From positions 18,798 to 76,389 of the forward strand of contig NMRA01000149.1 of assembly GCA_002633005.1 (NCBI GenBank): a DNA stretch of 57,592 nucleotides, given 5' to 3'. This stretch comes from Phoronis australis (lineage: Eukaryota; Animalia; Phoronida). The translations under genes were made by a program, and so were the position numbers. Below are positions 38,701 through 52,589 of the stretch, one piece after another. How positions within the stretch are numbered: the stretch's first letter is position 1; every line of letters begins with the position of its first letter. The notes beneath the pieces are model-generated. The model did not search any database. It was given only the letters and a program-made list of their open reading frames with translations, and was not told where the DNA came from.

Positions 38701-41070
38701 CTTTGGATGAACATTTTTGTATATTTTTGATCATTAAGCTGCAAAGATTTAATTACTGAAAACTAATTATTATAAATTTGCAACAGACTATAAAGCTTGT
38801 GAGCAGCACTAAATTAAATGCTCTGCCATTTGCTGATTACTTTGGCAAATGCTCACTTCTTTTGAAGTGATAAAACAAAAATATTTTTAAGGGGGGGAGG
38901 GGGAGGAGAAATGTAAAAGTACAAAACTGTCTAAAGTGGCAAAGCTTTTTCTTTGTAAACGTAACCAAATTGGAGTGTGCAAAAAATTTTTTAGAATATG
39001 GATAGTAGATATGTTAGGGACAGTTTTCAGTTTGCAGAGTATGGTCAACTTTACAAACAAAAAAGGTTTGTAGTTTGTATACAGATCTCGTACATACTGG
39101 TAGCCTTTAAGGAGTAGGATTTATGGACTAATTATATTGATGGACATAGATAGGACAAGAGATATTCTGCAAGTACTCCGTGGAACATTTGGCCATATAC
39201 AGCATTAGTTTTAAGTTCTAATCTTAGCTTATATCCTTGGGCATGGTTAGTTATAATGTACTGAGGTTACAAATGTTTGTATAATCACGCATCGCTAAAT
39301 TGTACCTCTAATGACGTTTCGGATGTAATAATTATAAAGGCATGAATCCTGTGTTAAAGTTGAAAACTTAGCTCTTGAATTAAAATATGTATTCCAATGA
39401 CCTTGCCAACCGATTTTTTCAAGTGTAATTTTGTATTTGTATGCGTGGAGCTACTCCAAAGCTTGCTAATTATGATACTAAGCTAACAGGATGAATTTAC
39501 AAGTCCTATGTTTTCTCCCGCTGATTGTAAAGTACATAAATGTGCCTCACATTCTACCTACGTCAACAGACAAGACTGCACGTACAGTATATAGACACCT
39601 ACAGGAAGCATTTAGGAATAATGCTATGACACAAATCTGGGTGCTTTGTTACATCAACAAACGCAAAAATGTGATTTAGATTCTATCTACTTCAACAAAC
39701 AAAAGTGCAGCTACAACATATGGACTTCTACAGATGGCCTTTAGAAATAACGGTATGGTTCAAACCAGATGATCGCGTCATACGGACAAACGCAAAAGTG
39801 TATATTAGATTCTGGGAACCAATATATGGAGACCTACAAGAAGTCTATTAAACGATTCGTTATTTTGGCACCCAATATTACATCAGTCCGACAAAATCTA
39901 TATGACCTACGGTCAAATTAACGAAACTTTGGAGTTGCACCACTAACAAAATGCGCATTTTGTAGACCAACATGGGAGTCAACTTGCGAAATGACAGTTT
40001 TTGTTCTTTGGATGAACGTTTTTGTATGTTTTTGATCATTAGACTGCAAAGATTTAATTACTGAAGAACTAATTGATATGAATTTGCAACAGGCTGTGAA
40101 CTTGTGTGCAGCACTAAATTTAATGCTCTGGCATTTGCTAAAAACTTTGGCAAATGCTCACTTCTTTTGGGAGTAATAAAACTAGAATTTTTTATGGGGG
40201 AGGGGAAGGAGAAATGTAAATGACAAGACTGTCTAAACTGGCAGAACTATCACTTTGTATACGTGAACAAACTGGAGTATGTAAAAAGTTTTTTTGAATA
40301 CATCAAGTTTACAAACAAAAAGGTTGGTGGTTTGTGTACTGTACTCGTACCTACTACTAGCCTTGAAATAGTAGGAATATGCATTTGTTTTAGTTTGTTT
40401 CTTATGTTATACCCTTGGCCATGGTTAGTTATAGTGTACTGAGATTACAAATGTTTGTATAATCACGCATCACTAAGTTGTACTTCAAACAGCATTTCTG
40501 ATGTAGGCTAATTATTATAAAGGCTAAATCCTATGTTAAAGTTGAAAACTTAGTTCTTGAATTAAAATATGTACTTATCTACTATATATTATGTTCAATT
40601 CTACTTGAAATGCTTTATACGGTTATCTGGTTGTATACAAAAACATATTCCAGTGACTTTGCCAACCGATTTTTCAAGTGTAAATTTGTATTTGTATGTG
40701 CGTGGTGCTACTCCAAACCATAATAATGAGCAAACAAGGGTGCAACTACAACATATGGACTTCTACAGAAGGCCTTTAGAAATAATAGTATAGTCCAAAC
40801 CAAATGTTCGCGTCATATGGACAAACGCAAAAATGCTTATTAGATTTTGGATATCAATATTGACACCAACAGGAAGTGTATTAAACGATTCGTTACTTTG
40901 GCACCCACTGTTCATAGGAATTATAATGTGAAGTGTTTAACAAGTCCATGAAACATAAATCCGTCACAATCTATATGACCTAAAGTCAAATTACCGAAAC
41001 TTTTGAGTTGCACCACTTACAAAATGCGCATTTTGTAGACCAGCATGGGAGACAACTTGTGAATTGACAG
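38701..41070 (+). repeat. Old tandem duplication (~1.3 kb and ~1.07 kb units)
   Basis: Units start CTTTGGATGAAC at 38701 and ~40007 and end GTAGACCA(A/G)CATGGGAG...TGACAG at ~39997 and ~41070; visibly diverged. Confidence 0.85.
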
Positions 41071-41260
41071 AGAAATGCGCCTTTGGCGTTATCAATATGA
41101 GACGATGATGTGTTGCATAAAATATACTAGTGCAATTTTGCTCAAAACTACAGTGTGACCTCAACATTTTAACTTCTGTTTGTATTTCAGTCACTTGAAA
41201 AAACGCTGTATAGTTATATAGTTAAATGTATCTAATAAAAATATTACTTACTACTTATTT

Positions 41261-41555
41261 TCATTTTTTTCCATAGTCTTCTAAGATCACAGTAGCATAC
41301 GTACAAAATAGCGGCGTATATGAATCTGAATTGAATCTGATCATGACGACAAAACATAAGTTGCGAGTTAAAATAGAGGCCAAATATCTTTTATGACATG
41401 AGCCATCTCTCGCACACCAACAAACAATGACATCATAGTTAATGTTTTTCTCCAAATTAGCCTCATCCTTAATTTTTTGAGACTGCTTATCTGTCAGAAC
41501 TTTCATGATCGCCACCACATCACGCTCACCTACAACACTGAGATAAGAAACATCT
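41261..41555 (-). pseudogene. Exon-like remnant weakly resembling DUF4806-type transposon accessory proteins
   Basis: VSYLSVVGERDVVAIMKVLTD ... IVCWCARDG after a pyrimidine-rich acceptor; recognition by eye only. Confidence 0.2.
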
Positions 41556-41689
41556 TGAAAATACAAATTAATCAGTAAATCGATTAGATCATTCATGTTA
41601 CATACGTGTGTTACAAACTAAAATCTTGACAAACAGCGAGAAAAAATTACCACGACATTTAGACAAAAACTAAAACGGCAATTGGTCTT

Positions 41690-44600
41690 CAAAATGTTAC
41701 GGCGACCCAATAAAATGTTTCAGCCTTGTGGAAAATATCTTCCGAAAACCCGTCCACAAAGCTACCAACTTTGAGAGACCATACAATCAAAACGGACGAG
41801 CCATGCTTCACAGTAGGGCAGTACTGGCTGAGTCAAGCGCCACGAATTAATCGAAAAGACAACAATAAAGAACAATAGATGGCGCAACATGACGGTCCAG
41901 TCCACAGTAAGAAAGTACTGGCTGGGTCAGTATGGGTCAACTTGACTACCCTATACGAAAGGAACTGAAATCCAGCCAGCTGCGTGCTTGCTTAGGTGAC
42001 CGAAGGAACAACGGTATCCCAAAATCTCGAATAATTCAAAAAGTAAACATCGAAACGTCCTAGTGCAAAATCATCTCAAAGCAAAGAACAATAGCGGGCG
42101 TAACATGACAGACAAGTCATGCTTAACAGTAAGACAGCGCTGGCTGGGTCAGTCTGGGACAACTAGACATAACCAAACAAAGAGAATTGAAAGCCAAGTG
42201 ACCGAAGGAACACAATATCCGAAATCTCGAATAATTCAAAAAGTAGACGTTGTAGCCCAAAATGAAAATTATCTTCTGAGAGCCCGTCCACAACTCTACG
42301 TACTTTGATAGAGCATACAATCAACTACAATAAAAAACAATAGATGGCGCAACATGACGGACGAGCCATGCTTTACAGTAGGACAGTGCTGGCTGGGTCA
42401 GTCTGGGTCAACTAGGCATAACCAAAACAAAGTGAACTGAAAGCCAGCCAGCTGCATGTGACCGAAGGAACAACGGTATCCGAAAATCTCGAATAATTCA
42501 AAAAGTAGACGTCGTAGCGCAAAATGGAAAATATCTCCTGAAAGTCCGTTCAAAACTTTATCTAAAGTGGTAGTTTGGCAGAAATCAAAAAAAAATCGAA
42601 ACAATTGAAAATTTGCCGTTTTTTTGAAATTTAAAGTCAAATAACTCGAAAACGGTAAGTCTGAGAAATACGCTCTCGCAGACTTTTTGAAAGGCCATAC
42701 TTCAAGGAATCCACATGCAAAAATTCACGTCATTTGCTCTTCCCATAAAAAATGCGACACCAGAGCGATTGAAACCGTGTGAACATGCGCCACAGCCGCC
42801 ATCTTGAAAGTGACTTCCGGTCCATTAATTTTTTATAAAAGCTTATTAAACTCAACAAACACGTGACCAGTTTGAAAGAGGTTGGTTTGCAATTGCGCCC
42901 TCTACAGGAGAAAACGTTTTTAGCCATATTTCGGGGTGCGCATGCGCCACGTCCTATATTTCCGCTGTCTTTAACCGATAGTCAACAATTTTCTGCACAG
43001 TTCTAGCACTTGCATTGTAGTATATTCGTGCTGATTTTCAGCTATGTAAGTCGAAAAATACGGCCTCTACAAGTATTTGACTGTGAAATCGCATACAAAA
43101 TGGCCGCCACGTCCGCCATTTTGTATCCGATCATGACTAATAACAACAGCTTTCTAGCAGTTTTCGATCTACACGCTGTGTGCAAATTTCGTGAAAATCG
43201 GATGAAAATTGCGACCTGTAGAGGGCGAACAAACAAAAACGAGAGCGCTCTTAGGAGCGACACTTGACGGAATTAATCGAAAAGACGACGAACACGATAT
43301 CATTCATGTGACTAGCGAAGAAATCAAATTGAGAGCATACAGTCAACTACAATAAAGAATGAAAGCCCGTTCAAAACTCTGTCTAAAGTGGTAATTTGGC
43401 AAACACGATAACATTCATGTGACTAGAGAAGAAATCAAATAGAGAGCATAAAATCAACTACAATAAAAAACAATAGATGGCGCCACATGACGGTCCAGTC
43501 TGAAGTAGGACAGTGCTGGCTGGGTCAGACTGGGTCAACTAGGCATAACCAAAACAAAGTGGGCTGAAAGCCAGCCAGCTGCGTGTGACCGAAGGAACAA
43601 CGGTATCCGAAAATCTCGAATAATTCAAAAGTAGACGTTGTAGCGCAAAATGGAAAATATCTTCTGAAAGCCCGTCCACAACTCTACGTACTTTGATAGA
43701 ACATACAATCAACTACAATAAAGAACAATAGATGGCGCAACATTACGGACNACGATAACATTCATGTGACTAGCGAAAAAAAATCAAATAGAGAGCATAC
43801 AATCAACTACAATAAAGAACAATAGATGGCGCAACATGACAGACGAGCCATGCTTTACAGTACGACAAGGCTGGCTGTGTCAGTCTGGGTCAACTAGGCA
43901 TAACCAAAACAAAGTGAACTGAAAGCCAGCCACCTGCGCGCTTGCATAGGAACAACGGTATCCGAAAATTTCGAATAATTCAAAAAGTAGACGTCGTAGC
44001 GCAAAATGGAAAATATCTTCTGAAAGCCCGTTCAAATCTCTATCTAAAGTCTGTATCTAAGTACGTGTTATGTGTAAATTTCGTGATGATCGGACGAAAA
44101 TTGCGACCTGTATCGTGCGAACAAATAAAAAATATGAAAGCGCTCCGAGGAGCGAACCTTGGCGAAATTAACCAAAAAGATGAGGATAAAGATGATGACG
44201 AAGATGACGAATATGACGACGATGGGGGTGAGGATGAACAAAAGAAGTAAAAATAACATACAGATGACGAACGTAGAAATCAGTAAGAAAAAGGCTACAG
44301 TCTTGTGCGACACTTGGCGAAATTAACGGAAAAGACAACGACGGAGATGATGACGAAGATGATGACGAAGATGACGAATATGATGATGGTGGTGGCGATG
44401 ATGAACAACATCACAACATTCATATGATGAACTTAGATGTCAGAAATCAATAAGAAATGGGCTACAGTCTAGTTCAATAGAAGGTAAACCAACATCAATG
44501 CAGCAAGAGCGCTCAACAAAGGAACAGCGTTATCAGAAAATCTCAAATAACTCAAAAAGTAGACGTCCTAGCAAAAAAATGGAAGACATCTTCTGAAAGC

Positions 44601-46851
44601 CCGTTCAAAATTCTATCTGAACTGATGGTATCGCTTAATTCCGTAAATTTTTCGAAAAAAATGGAATTTTGCGTTTTTTTTTTTAAAGAAATTCAAAGTC
44701 GAATAACTCGAAAACGGTAAGTCTGAGAAAAAAAATTATAGGCCATTTGAAAGATTATACTTCAAAGAATCTACATGCAAAAAATCACGTCTTTTTCTCT
44801 TCCCGTTCAAAGTTGCACTCCAGAAGACTGAAAATGGTTCAGCATGCGCCATGTCCGCCATCTTGAAAGCAACTTCCGGTTTTTTGGCTTTGTATAATAG
44901 CATGTTACAAGAAACTGATACCTATAAAAATTCGAAGGAATTGGTCGTATAATTCGCCCTCTAGAGGAGAAAACGTTTTTAGGCCAAAATCGAGGTGCGC
45001 ATGCGCGATCTTCGATATTTCCGCCATCTTTAACCGGAAGTAAACAATTTCCGGTATCCTTGTAGCAAACTTCGGTCCATTTACTGTGCCGATTCTTAGC
45101 CTGTTACGTAAAAAATTGTAGCCTCCAGAAGCATTTGAACCTTTAAATGAAAACAAAATGGCCGCCACAGCCGCCATCTTGGATCCGATTTTGACGAAAA
45201 ACAATAGGCTTCCAGTACTTCCGGAAGTATGTGTTATGTGTAAATTTCGTGACGATCGAACGAAAATTGCGACCTGTATCGTACGAACAAACAAAAAAAA
45301 ACAAACTTAGTGTCAGAGCAACATACTTGGCGAAATTTATTTCGCCAAGTAAAAAAAAAACAAAATTAGTGGAAGAGCAACATACTTGGCGAAATTTATT
45401 TCGCCAAGTAACGAGAGCGCTCGGAGGAGCGACACTTGGCGGAATTAATCGAAAAGACGACGAACACGATATTATTCATGTGACTAGCGAAGAAATCAAA
45501 TTGAGAGCATACAGTCAACTACAATAAAGAATGAAAGCCCGTTCAAAACTCTATCTAAAGTGGTAGTTTGGCAAACACGATAACATTCATGTGACTAGCG
45601 AAAAAATCAAACAGAGAGCATACAATCAACTACAATGAAGAACAATAGATGGCGCAACATGATGGTCCAGTCTGCAGTAGGACAGTGCTGGCTGGGTCAG
45701 TCTGGGTCAACTAGGCATAACCAAAACAAAGTGGGCTGAAAGCCAGCCAGCTCCGTGTGACCGAAGGAACAACGGTATCCGAAAATCTCGAATAATTCAA
45801 AAGTAGACGTTGTAGCGCAAAATGGAAAATATCTTCTGAAAGCCCGTCCACAACTCTACGTACTTTGAAAGAGCATACAATCAACTACAATAAAGAACAA
45901 TAGATGGCGCAACATTACGGACGAGGCATGCTTTTCAGTAGGACAGTGCTGGCTGGGTCAGTCTGGGTCAACTAGGCATAACCAAAACAAAGTGAACTGA
46001 AAGCCAGCCACCTGCGCGCTTGCATAGGAACAACGGTATCCGAAAATCTCGAATAATTCAAAAAGTAGATGTCGTAGCGCAAAATGGAAAATATCTTCTG
46101 AAAGCCCATTCAAATTTCTATCTTAAGTGGTAGTTTGGCAAAAATCTAAAAAATTTTCGAGGAAATCAAAAATTTGCCGGTTTTTTTTTGAAATTCAAAG
46201 TCAAATAACTCGAAAACGGTAAGTCTGAGAAATACGCTCTCACAGGCTTTTTGAAAGGCCATACTTCAAGGAATCCACATGCAAAAATTCACGTCATTTG
46301 CTCTTCCCATAAAAAATGCGACACCAGAGCGATTGAAACCGTGTGAACATGCCCCACAGCCGCCATCTTGAAGGTGACTTCCGGTTCAATACTTTTTTAT
46401 AAAATCTTATTAAACTCAACAAACACGTGACCAGTTTGAAAGTGATTGGTTTGCAAATGCGCCCTCTACAGGAGAAAACGTTTTAGCCATATTTCGGGGT
46501 GCGCATGCGCCACGTCCAATATTTCCCCCATCTTTCACCGGAAGTCAACGTTTTTCTGCACAATTGTAGCACCTGCGTTGTAGTATCTTGGAGCCGATTT
46601 TCAGCCATTTAAGTTGAAAAATGCGGCCTGTACGAGTATTTGACTGTGAAATCGGATACAAAATGGCCACCACGTCCGCCATTTTGTGTCCGATCATGAC
46701 CAAAAACAAAAGCTTTCCAGGGTTTCCCGATCTACACGTTGTGTGCCAATTTCGTGAAAATCGGACCAGATTTGCGACCTGTAGAGAGCGAACAATAAAA
46801 AACTTGCTGTCAGAGCAACATACTTAGCGGAAGAATTCCGCCAAGTAAAAA
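41690..46851 (-). mobile_element. Head-to-tail array of about four non-autonomous Helentron-type (HINE/DINE-like) elements with internal ~240-bp repeats
   Basis: Terminal palindromes TACTTGGCGAAAT-TT-ATTTCGCCAAGTA at 45324-45351 and 45383-45410 and a variant at 46821-46847; opposite ends carry a CGCTC-n4-GAGCG hairpin plus a copy of CTTG(G/A)CG(G/A)AA at ~43238, ~44135 and ~45410; recurring AACAATAGATGGCGCAACAT units. Confidence 0.75.
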
Positions 46852-48413
46852 TCTTCCAACCGCCTTGCAGGAAACGGCCAATAAGTAACGTTGACAAGCT
46901 GAGTCCTTAAATAAATGGCGATAGAATGTGAATAGCCACAACACTCAAAATGTCCTCTGAATGACAGGTCGTTGTTGTCTTGCTACTTCATAGCATCAAA
47001 TGATATTTTAAAAACTTATTTTCCAATAATCAATTGTACACGATTCAGGAAGGAATGCGCACAGATAGCTGAAAGGCCGCCTCACGCGCTTCCGTTCAAA
47101 AAACGTTCTTACATTGAGTTTTACTTTACCGTGTACAATTTTTATTAGCAGTTCCCCCAAACACGATGTCTTGCTTAGTTTTGATACAGTTTGAACCAGC
47201 TAGGAACCCATATTTATTTCTGTGCTCCAAGTTTCTCACACGACCAACCCAATAAGGCAATCTCCTAACATGACCATCTTCAATCATCCAGTGCAGCTTA
47301 GAATGTATCTCTGTGCATAAAAGAATTACACGTGCGTTTAACATTTGTCCTATCGCCAAGCTTTTGAGTGACGGCTTAACTGACCAATTATAACGCAGAA
47401 TTCTTGACATACTCTCGTTTCCAAGCCACCTCGTTTCCACCCGACACTTTGCTTGGTAAAACATATTGTTTGTTTGTCGACTTTTCGCATGGGGGTGGAG
47501 CTTGCGATCGGTCAGTTTTAGGGTTCTCGTTGAGAAATTGTCCAATCGTTCAAGATACGAGGAATATGATGCATGATTGGTTAAACAAGGTGTTTCATAG
47601 ACTACGGGTGATGTTCCACAGGGCTTTAAAAACAAGCATCATCTTGTTCCACGGCATACATAACAGTGGTGATTGTGCAGGTAAGAAATATACTGTTCAC
47701 TGCATACGGTTGCATGGTCTTAGGCAAGTGAAAAACATTCCCATTTCCTTAAAACTCGCTAGAAAAGACGAAGGTCACAATTCTTAAACTTAGCTTATGT
47801 ATGTTTTTATAAAGTAGCATGGAAAACTATGATATGTATCGAATGAGCATGGCCTAACGCGCTCATGAAGACTCAGAAAATTTACAAAATAGTTCCCATG
47901 GAAACAACTTTCACTACTTGTCATTCAAAATATACTCTTTTTCAAAGTTTCTTATCTTTTCCGAAGGAATGTCTTGGAAACAATTTTTTAAAAGCTTGAG
48001 AAAAACAGGGCCGATATCATGAGATCGTTCCTATAGTAGTATTGTCTGAAGTCTGTAAAACGCCTATGTCGTGGTAATCGTTTCTAAGAGACAGCGAAGT
48101 TGGAGAGCTGCGAGCTGATCTGCTATCTGCCCCAAGTGAACGACACACTCTAAACTTAGTGATCTGCACAAATGTTGCACTGTGTGAACGCACTTAAAGT
48201 GTTTTTCAAGCACAAACAATGTATTTGTTTTGGAGCTCCTAGTGTTCAAGTTGGAACACACTGTAGAACACATGTGACGCATGTTCTACTTACAGTACAG
48301 AATACTGTTATGGTGTTCTAACAGCGGTTTCTGCTAGTCTTTTCACAATAAATTGAATCTATGGAATAGCAAGCTTTTTACTTTTGTTTAATCCAGGAGG
48401 CATGGTTGACTCT

Positions 48414-49218
48414 CAGTGGCGGATCTACGGGGGGGTTCAGGGGGTTTAAACCCCCCTTGGGCAAGGACCCAAAAATAAAAAGAAACGTCTTCAGCAAAAC
48501 AAAAACGGCACTGCTAGTGTGTGTAACCCTCAAGTAAACCAACTTGGAAAAATTGAGGGGGGCTCACTCTGTAACGCGCGGAGATTAATTGTGCGTGCTC
48601 TTCCGTCGACACTTCTGAAGTAGATGGATTCACAGCTAAAAGAGCAGTTCTATAGATGATTTCTTTAGGTAACTAGCTTCTTAACTCTAAGATATGTTTT
48701 GATTTGATTAGGGGAAATAGTGTGGTGCCGCAACCCTGATATTCAGGCGAATTGACGTGCAACGTTTTTACCTCATCTGTTATGCCGTGTCATTCTATTA
48801 CACTCCACACATTTGTAACTGACTTATGCTCTTGAATATTTGGAAGTTGTCTAAGCCCCTGTATACACACCACACTTTTTCGTATACGACTTTTCATATG
48901 CTAAAAAGGTGTGTGTAAGCAGATGTTCCAACAAAATTTTTTGCTGGTGGCTTGACTCACACCCAGATGTGCGCAATTTGGTTTCACGAAACTTATGAGC
49001 CAAGTTCATGTGACGAAATCGAGAAGGGTTTTTAATTATCTTAAGAAAAACTCCAGAGACATGTTAAGTGCCAGAAACTTACCAGGGTGCATGGAAATTT
49101 CACTATTTGGCTAAAAAATATCTTACACGACCTCCCCCCCCTCGGTGCCACGCGCCTAGGATTCGACCTTGGCGGGAATCCTAAACCCCCCCTTGCTGAA
49201 AACGTAGATCCGCCACTG
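48414..49218. mobile_element. 805-bp CAGTGGCGGATCTACG MITE (hAT-like)
   Basis: Perfect TIR CAGTGGCGGATCTACG / CGTAGATCCGCCACTG; flanks ACTCT / ACACT (5-bp TSD with one mismatch). Confidence 0.85.
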
Positions 49219-50110
49219 ACACTGATAAAAGATTTACACACCACTGATCTCGCATTCTCTCTTGTGGCAACATTTTGCACTATCCTTTGAAAAGCGATTT
49301 CATGAAGCTTTGTAATGCAATGAGCTTTAATGCCGTTCATTAGGTTGTCGCGCACTGGTCATGCAAAAATTCGCTTATTTTTATCAAAATGGGAAATTCG
49401 TTTTTGAAAATGTGAAAACCTGTGACTTTTCATATAATATTAGTGTGCATGTTACATATAATTGCTAGCACGTTGCACCAGCACCCCATGTAAAATAAAT
49501 ATCATAAAACAATACCGCAGACAACAGGAGCTGTACAGGCTACGTATTAGACAACATTGCGACTTAAAAACAAGACGACAACAACAGGGTAATTATGCTT
49601 CTGATACATGTGGTTGAATCTTTACCATACTAAGTGCAACAGTTCTTACAGACAAAACCAATGATTAATGGAAATCCATATCAATCTACACTAACATGTC
49701 ATGAAAAACAAAAAATACTCAAACGTTGAAGGCAATAAGCTATGTGGATTAAACCCACATCTTGTCATTAAAATATACAGTCAAGAATAAATCTATATTT
49801 ATGCTTCTAACACATGTGCCTGAATCCTTACTATAAAACATACAAAAAACAATGCTCTTTCATACAAAAGCAATAAACAAGGGGAATTTTGTTGCGATAA
49901 ACTGGAATGTAACTATGACTTCTACGTCGGTGATACAAATTCTGCTTCCATGCTGTCAGTTTCGTAGATAGTGCAATAGATTGATTCCGATTGGCACGAA
50001 GCCTCAAAAATGTTCACTAAATTTCCGGGTCGTTATTGATCTTTCCCAATCGTTCTGGACGACTTCACTTCCAAAAGCAGATCATTCAAGCTCCTATACA
50101 GAGAAAATTA

Positions 50111-51178
50111 AGCGAAATATACTCAGGTAAAAACGAAAGAGGACTTTTTGAACCAACCTTTGTGGTTTAATAGTAACTTGGCGATCGGAGGCACAGGTGT
50201 TTTTATAAGCCTTGGTTTGTAAAAGGCTTAAGATTTATTAGAGATATGTATACCTCTGAAGGTGATTTTGTTAGTCTAAGCAATATGAAAAATAGGTTCG
50301 ACGTGAAAACCAACTTTGTAGAATATAATGGTGTTGTTTCTGTTCTAAGAAGGTTTCAAAAAACTCTATTTCAAAGTAAATTTAAAAGTGTTAATGTCTA
50401 CTCTCCTTGCATGCCTTTAGGAATTACTCACTTAAGGAAAGATTTGAAGGGTTGTAGACATATTTGTTCAGTCTTTAATAACGTTAAGAAACCTAAGTCA
50501 GAGTGTAAATGGGAAATAGAGCTAGGAGATAGTTTAGATTGGAAGAAAATATATGCTTTACCTTACAAAATTACAAAGGATCCCCATATTAGAAGGTTCC
50601 AGTTTAGAATACTACACAGGATTATTGCAACAAATACCTTTTTAGTCAAAATATGTGTTAGGGATTCTGATCTATGTTCCTTTTGTAATAAAGCTCCAGA
50701 GACGCTGTCACACCTTTTTGGGAATGTAGCTTTGCAAAAGATTTCTGGAAGGAATTCAGAAAGCTACTCCAAAAGTGTTGCATTCAGCTTCCCAACTGTT
50801 TGTCTTACGATAGTGTTATTCTTGGACTTTACAAGACGCATGATTTTCTATTTAATATTTTGCTTCTACTAGCTAAACAGTACATTTACAAGGAGAGATG
50901 TCACAAAAATATACTTAATTTTCTCAAGTTCGTTACAAAAACTTATGAATACTATGATGCTGAAAAATTAAATGCACATAAAAACTTTGTATATGACAGC
51001 TTCTCTGCGAAATGGGAAAATTTTATTGTTCATGTTAACTTCATGTAGAAGATATTTACTTTAAACAAGATATGAGAATGGTCTTCCTGAGGTGTGCATG
51101 TGTGAATGAATGGATGTACTTATTTGTTTGTTTGTTTTTTGTACTTGTTCATAAATGATAATAAATACCTGAAAAAAT
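50111..51178 (+). mobile_element. 5'-truncated L1/Tx1-type LINE (ORF2 C-terminus with zf-RVT region, 3' UTR, short A tail)
   Basis: NQPLWFNSNL, FQFRILHRIIATN, CSFCNKAPETLSHLF, ILLLAKQYIYK; AATAAA then A run; frameshifts. Confidence 0.9.
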
Positions 51179-52502
51179 TACATGCAATTAGCGTTGCTCA
51201 TTTAGCCAACGATGGGCTAATGTTGACTTATGTAGTGAATGCCGTGAAAGCGAGTTTCATAACTCGTACATGTACCTTCCAGCGCATTGGTTCAACAAAC
51301 AGTAGACGTAACTACAATAGACTCCGTGGTAATTTGCTTTAGAAAGCGACTAACAATGCACTATAAGCGATAACAACTCGGCCTCTGTTGAACGCACCGA
51401 AGCACGTGCCGTGTTTCCCCATGTAACATAACAACAATGTCTGTAAGACGCGAACAACAAGAAATCGATACAATATTAAAAAAACAGGAACAAAACTGAA
51501 GCAACAGAATTGATGTCTAGGCTTTAGCAGAACGTTCTTGCTTCAGGAATTTGATTGTCAAATCGGGTTAGTTTCAGCCGCCGAAGCAAATTTGGGACTC
51601 CAGAGGAATTCCGGGCGTTTTATTGCAATTCCAATTCAGTCATAGTAAAAGAATCCACAAAATTGCAATACGCATTTGAAGAAAGTTCTCCTTGACACAA
51701 GAACTTGATTTATATTATCGGCTGTTAGGACGGTACCGGATTGAGAGTTCTTTTGTCTTCCGTTATAACCGACTTCGTTTTAGAAACGTTTGAATCTAGA
51801 AATCATGTCAGAAAATCTCGCATCCACGGACACTCCTCAAGTTTATCCTACTTTCTTCCGTCGGAGATTCAGCCACCGACACAGTCTTAAAATTTTATTT
51901 GTTGGCCTTGAAAGTTCGAATACAATTAAGACAGTAGTAGGAAAAAGTTTGAAAAAAGCAAGATACCAACAAATATCATGAGAAACTTCAATGACGCGAA
52001 GACGAAGTTAAGAGACCAGCTTCACGGATGTTGCAGGTTTGTGGGTAAATATCACGAGATTAAGTGTCGTCATGTAAACCAGAACAACTCTGATGTAAAT
52101 GCATCATGAATGGTCTTTGGCGAGCTTAGAAAGTGTTTTCGTCGGTTGTGAAGGTGAGACTTGAATGGAGACAATGACAAAGTCTATTGTAGTGATGTGA
52201 TTGCTGTTATTTCGGTAATCCGACTTTCACCTCAGGAACTTCTCTTTGGCTTAATATTGCGGGTCGATTGTTTTGATTTAATTTTGGGACGAGCAACAAA
52301 ACTCGACTCGCCAAATAAGGCATTTCAGCATTTCTCGTACTTTGCAATATACTGCTTCGTTCTTGTTGCATCTTATGATACCACCAAAATAGCGTTAATA
52401 TGACCTCAGCAGGTATTCTCGAATAAAGTTTTACCTCTACAACCACGTAAGAACAGTTCTCGAACCATATTGATAATATAGCCATGTTATGATTATTTCT
52501 AG

Positions 52503-52589
52503 ACACCCTCAATAGACTCGAACAATGACAAAGTCGACCAAAGTTATCGCTTTGCTGGTCATCGTTGCATGTCTGGTGCTCTATGTCAG
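52503..52589 (+). CDS. Probable host-gene exon encoding a start codon and signal peptide
   Basis: tttctag| acceptor; aacaATG at 52525; MTKSTKVIALLVIVACLVLYV; AG|gtgagt donor (phase 2). Confidence 0.6.

Noticed and set aside
43942-44313. Acidic-tail and hydrophobic ORFs
   Set aside because: Produced by GAT/GAC microsatellite tracts within the repeat element.
41800-46850. CRISPR-like or phage-like repeat array
   Set aside because: Units are long and internally homologous with no unique spacers, there are no cas genes, and the context is eukaryotic.
47126-47787. 169-aa and 127-aa overlapping ORFs
   Set aside because: No recognisable domain; a superficial BIR-like start (YLERLDNF) lacks the downstream Cys/His pattern.
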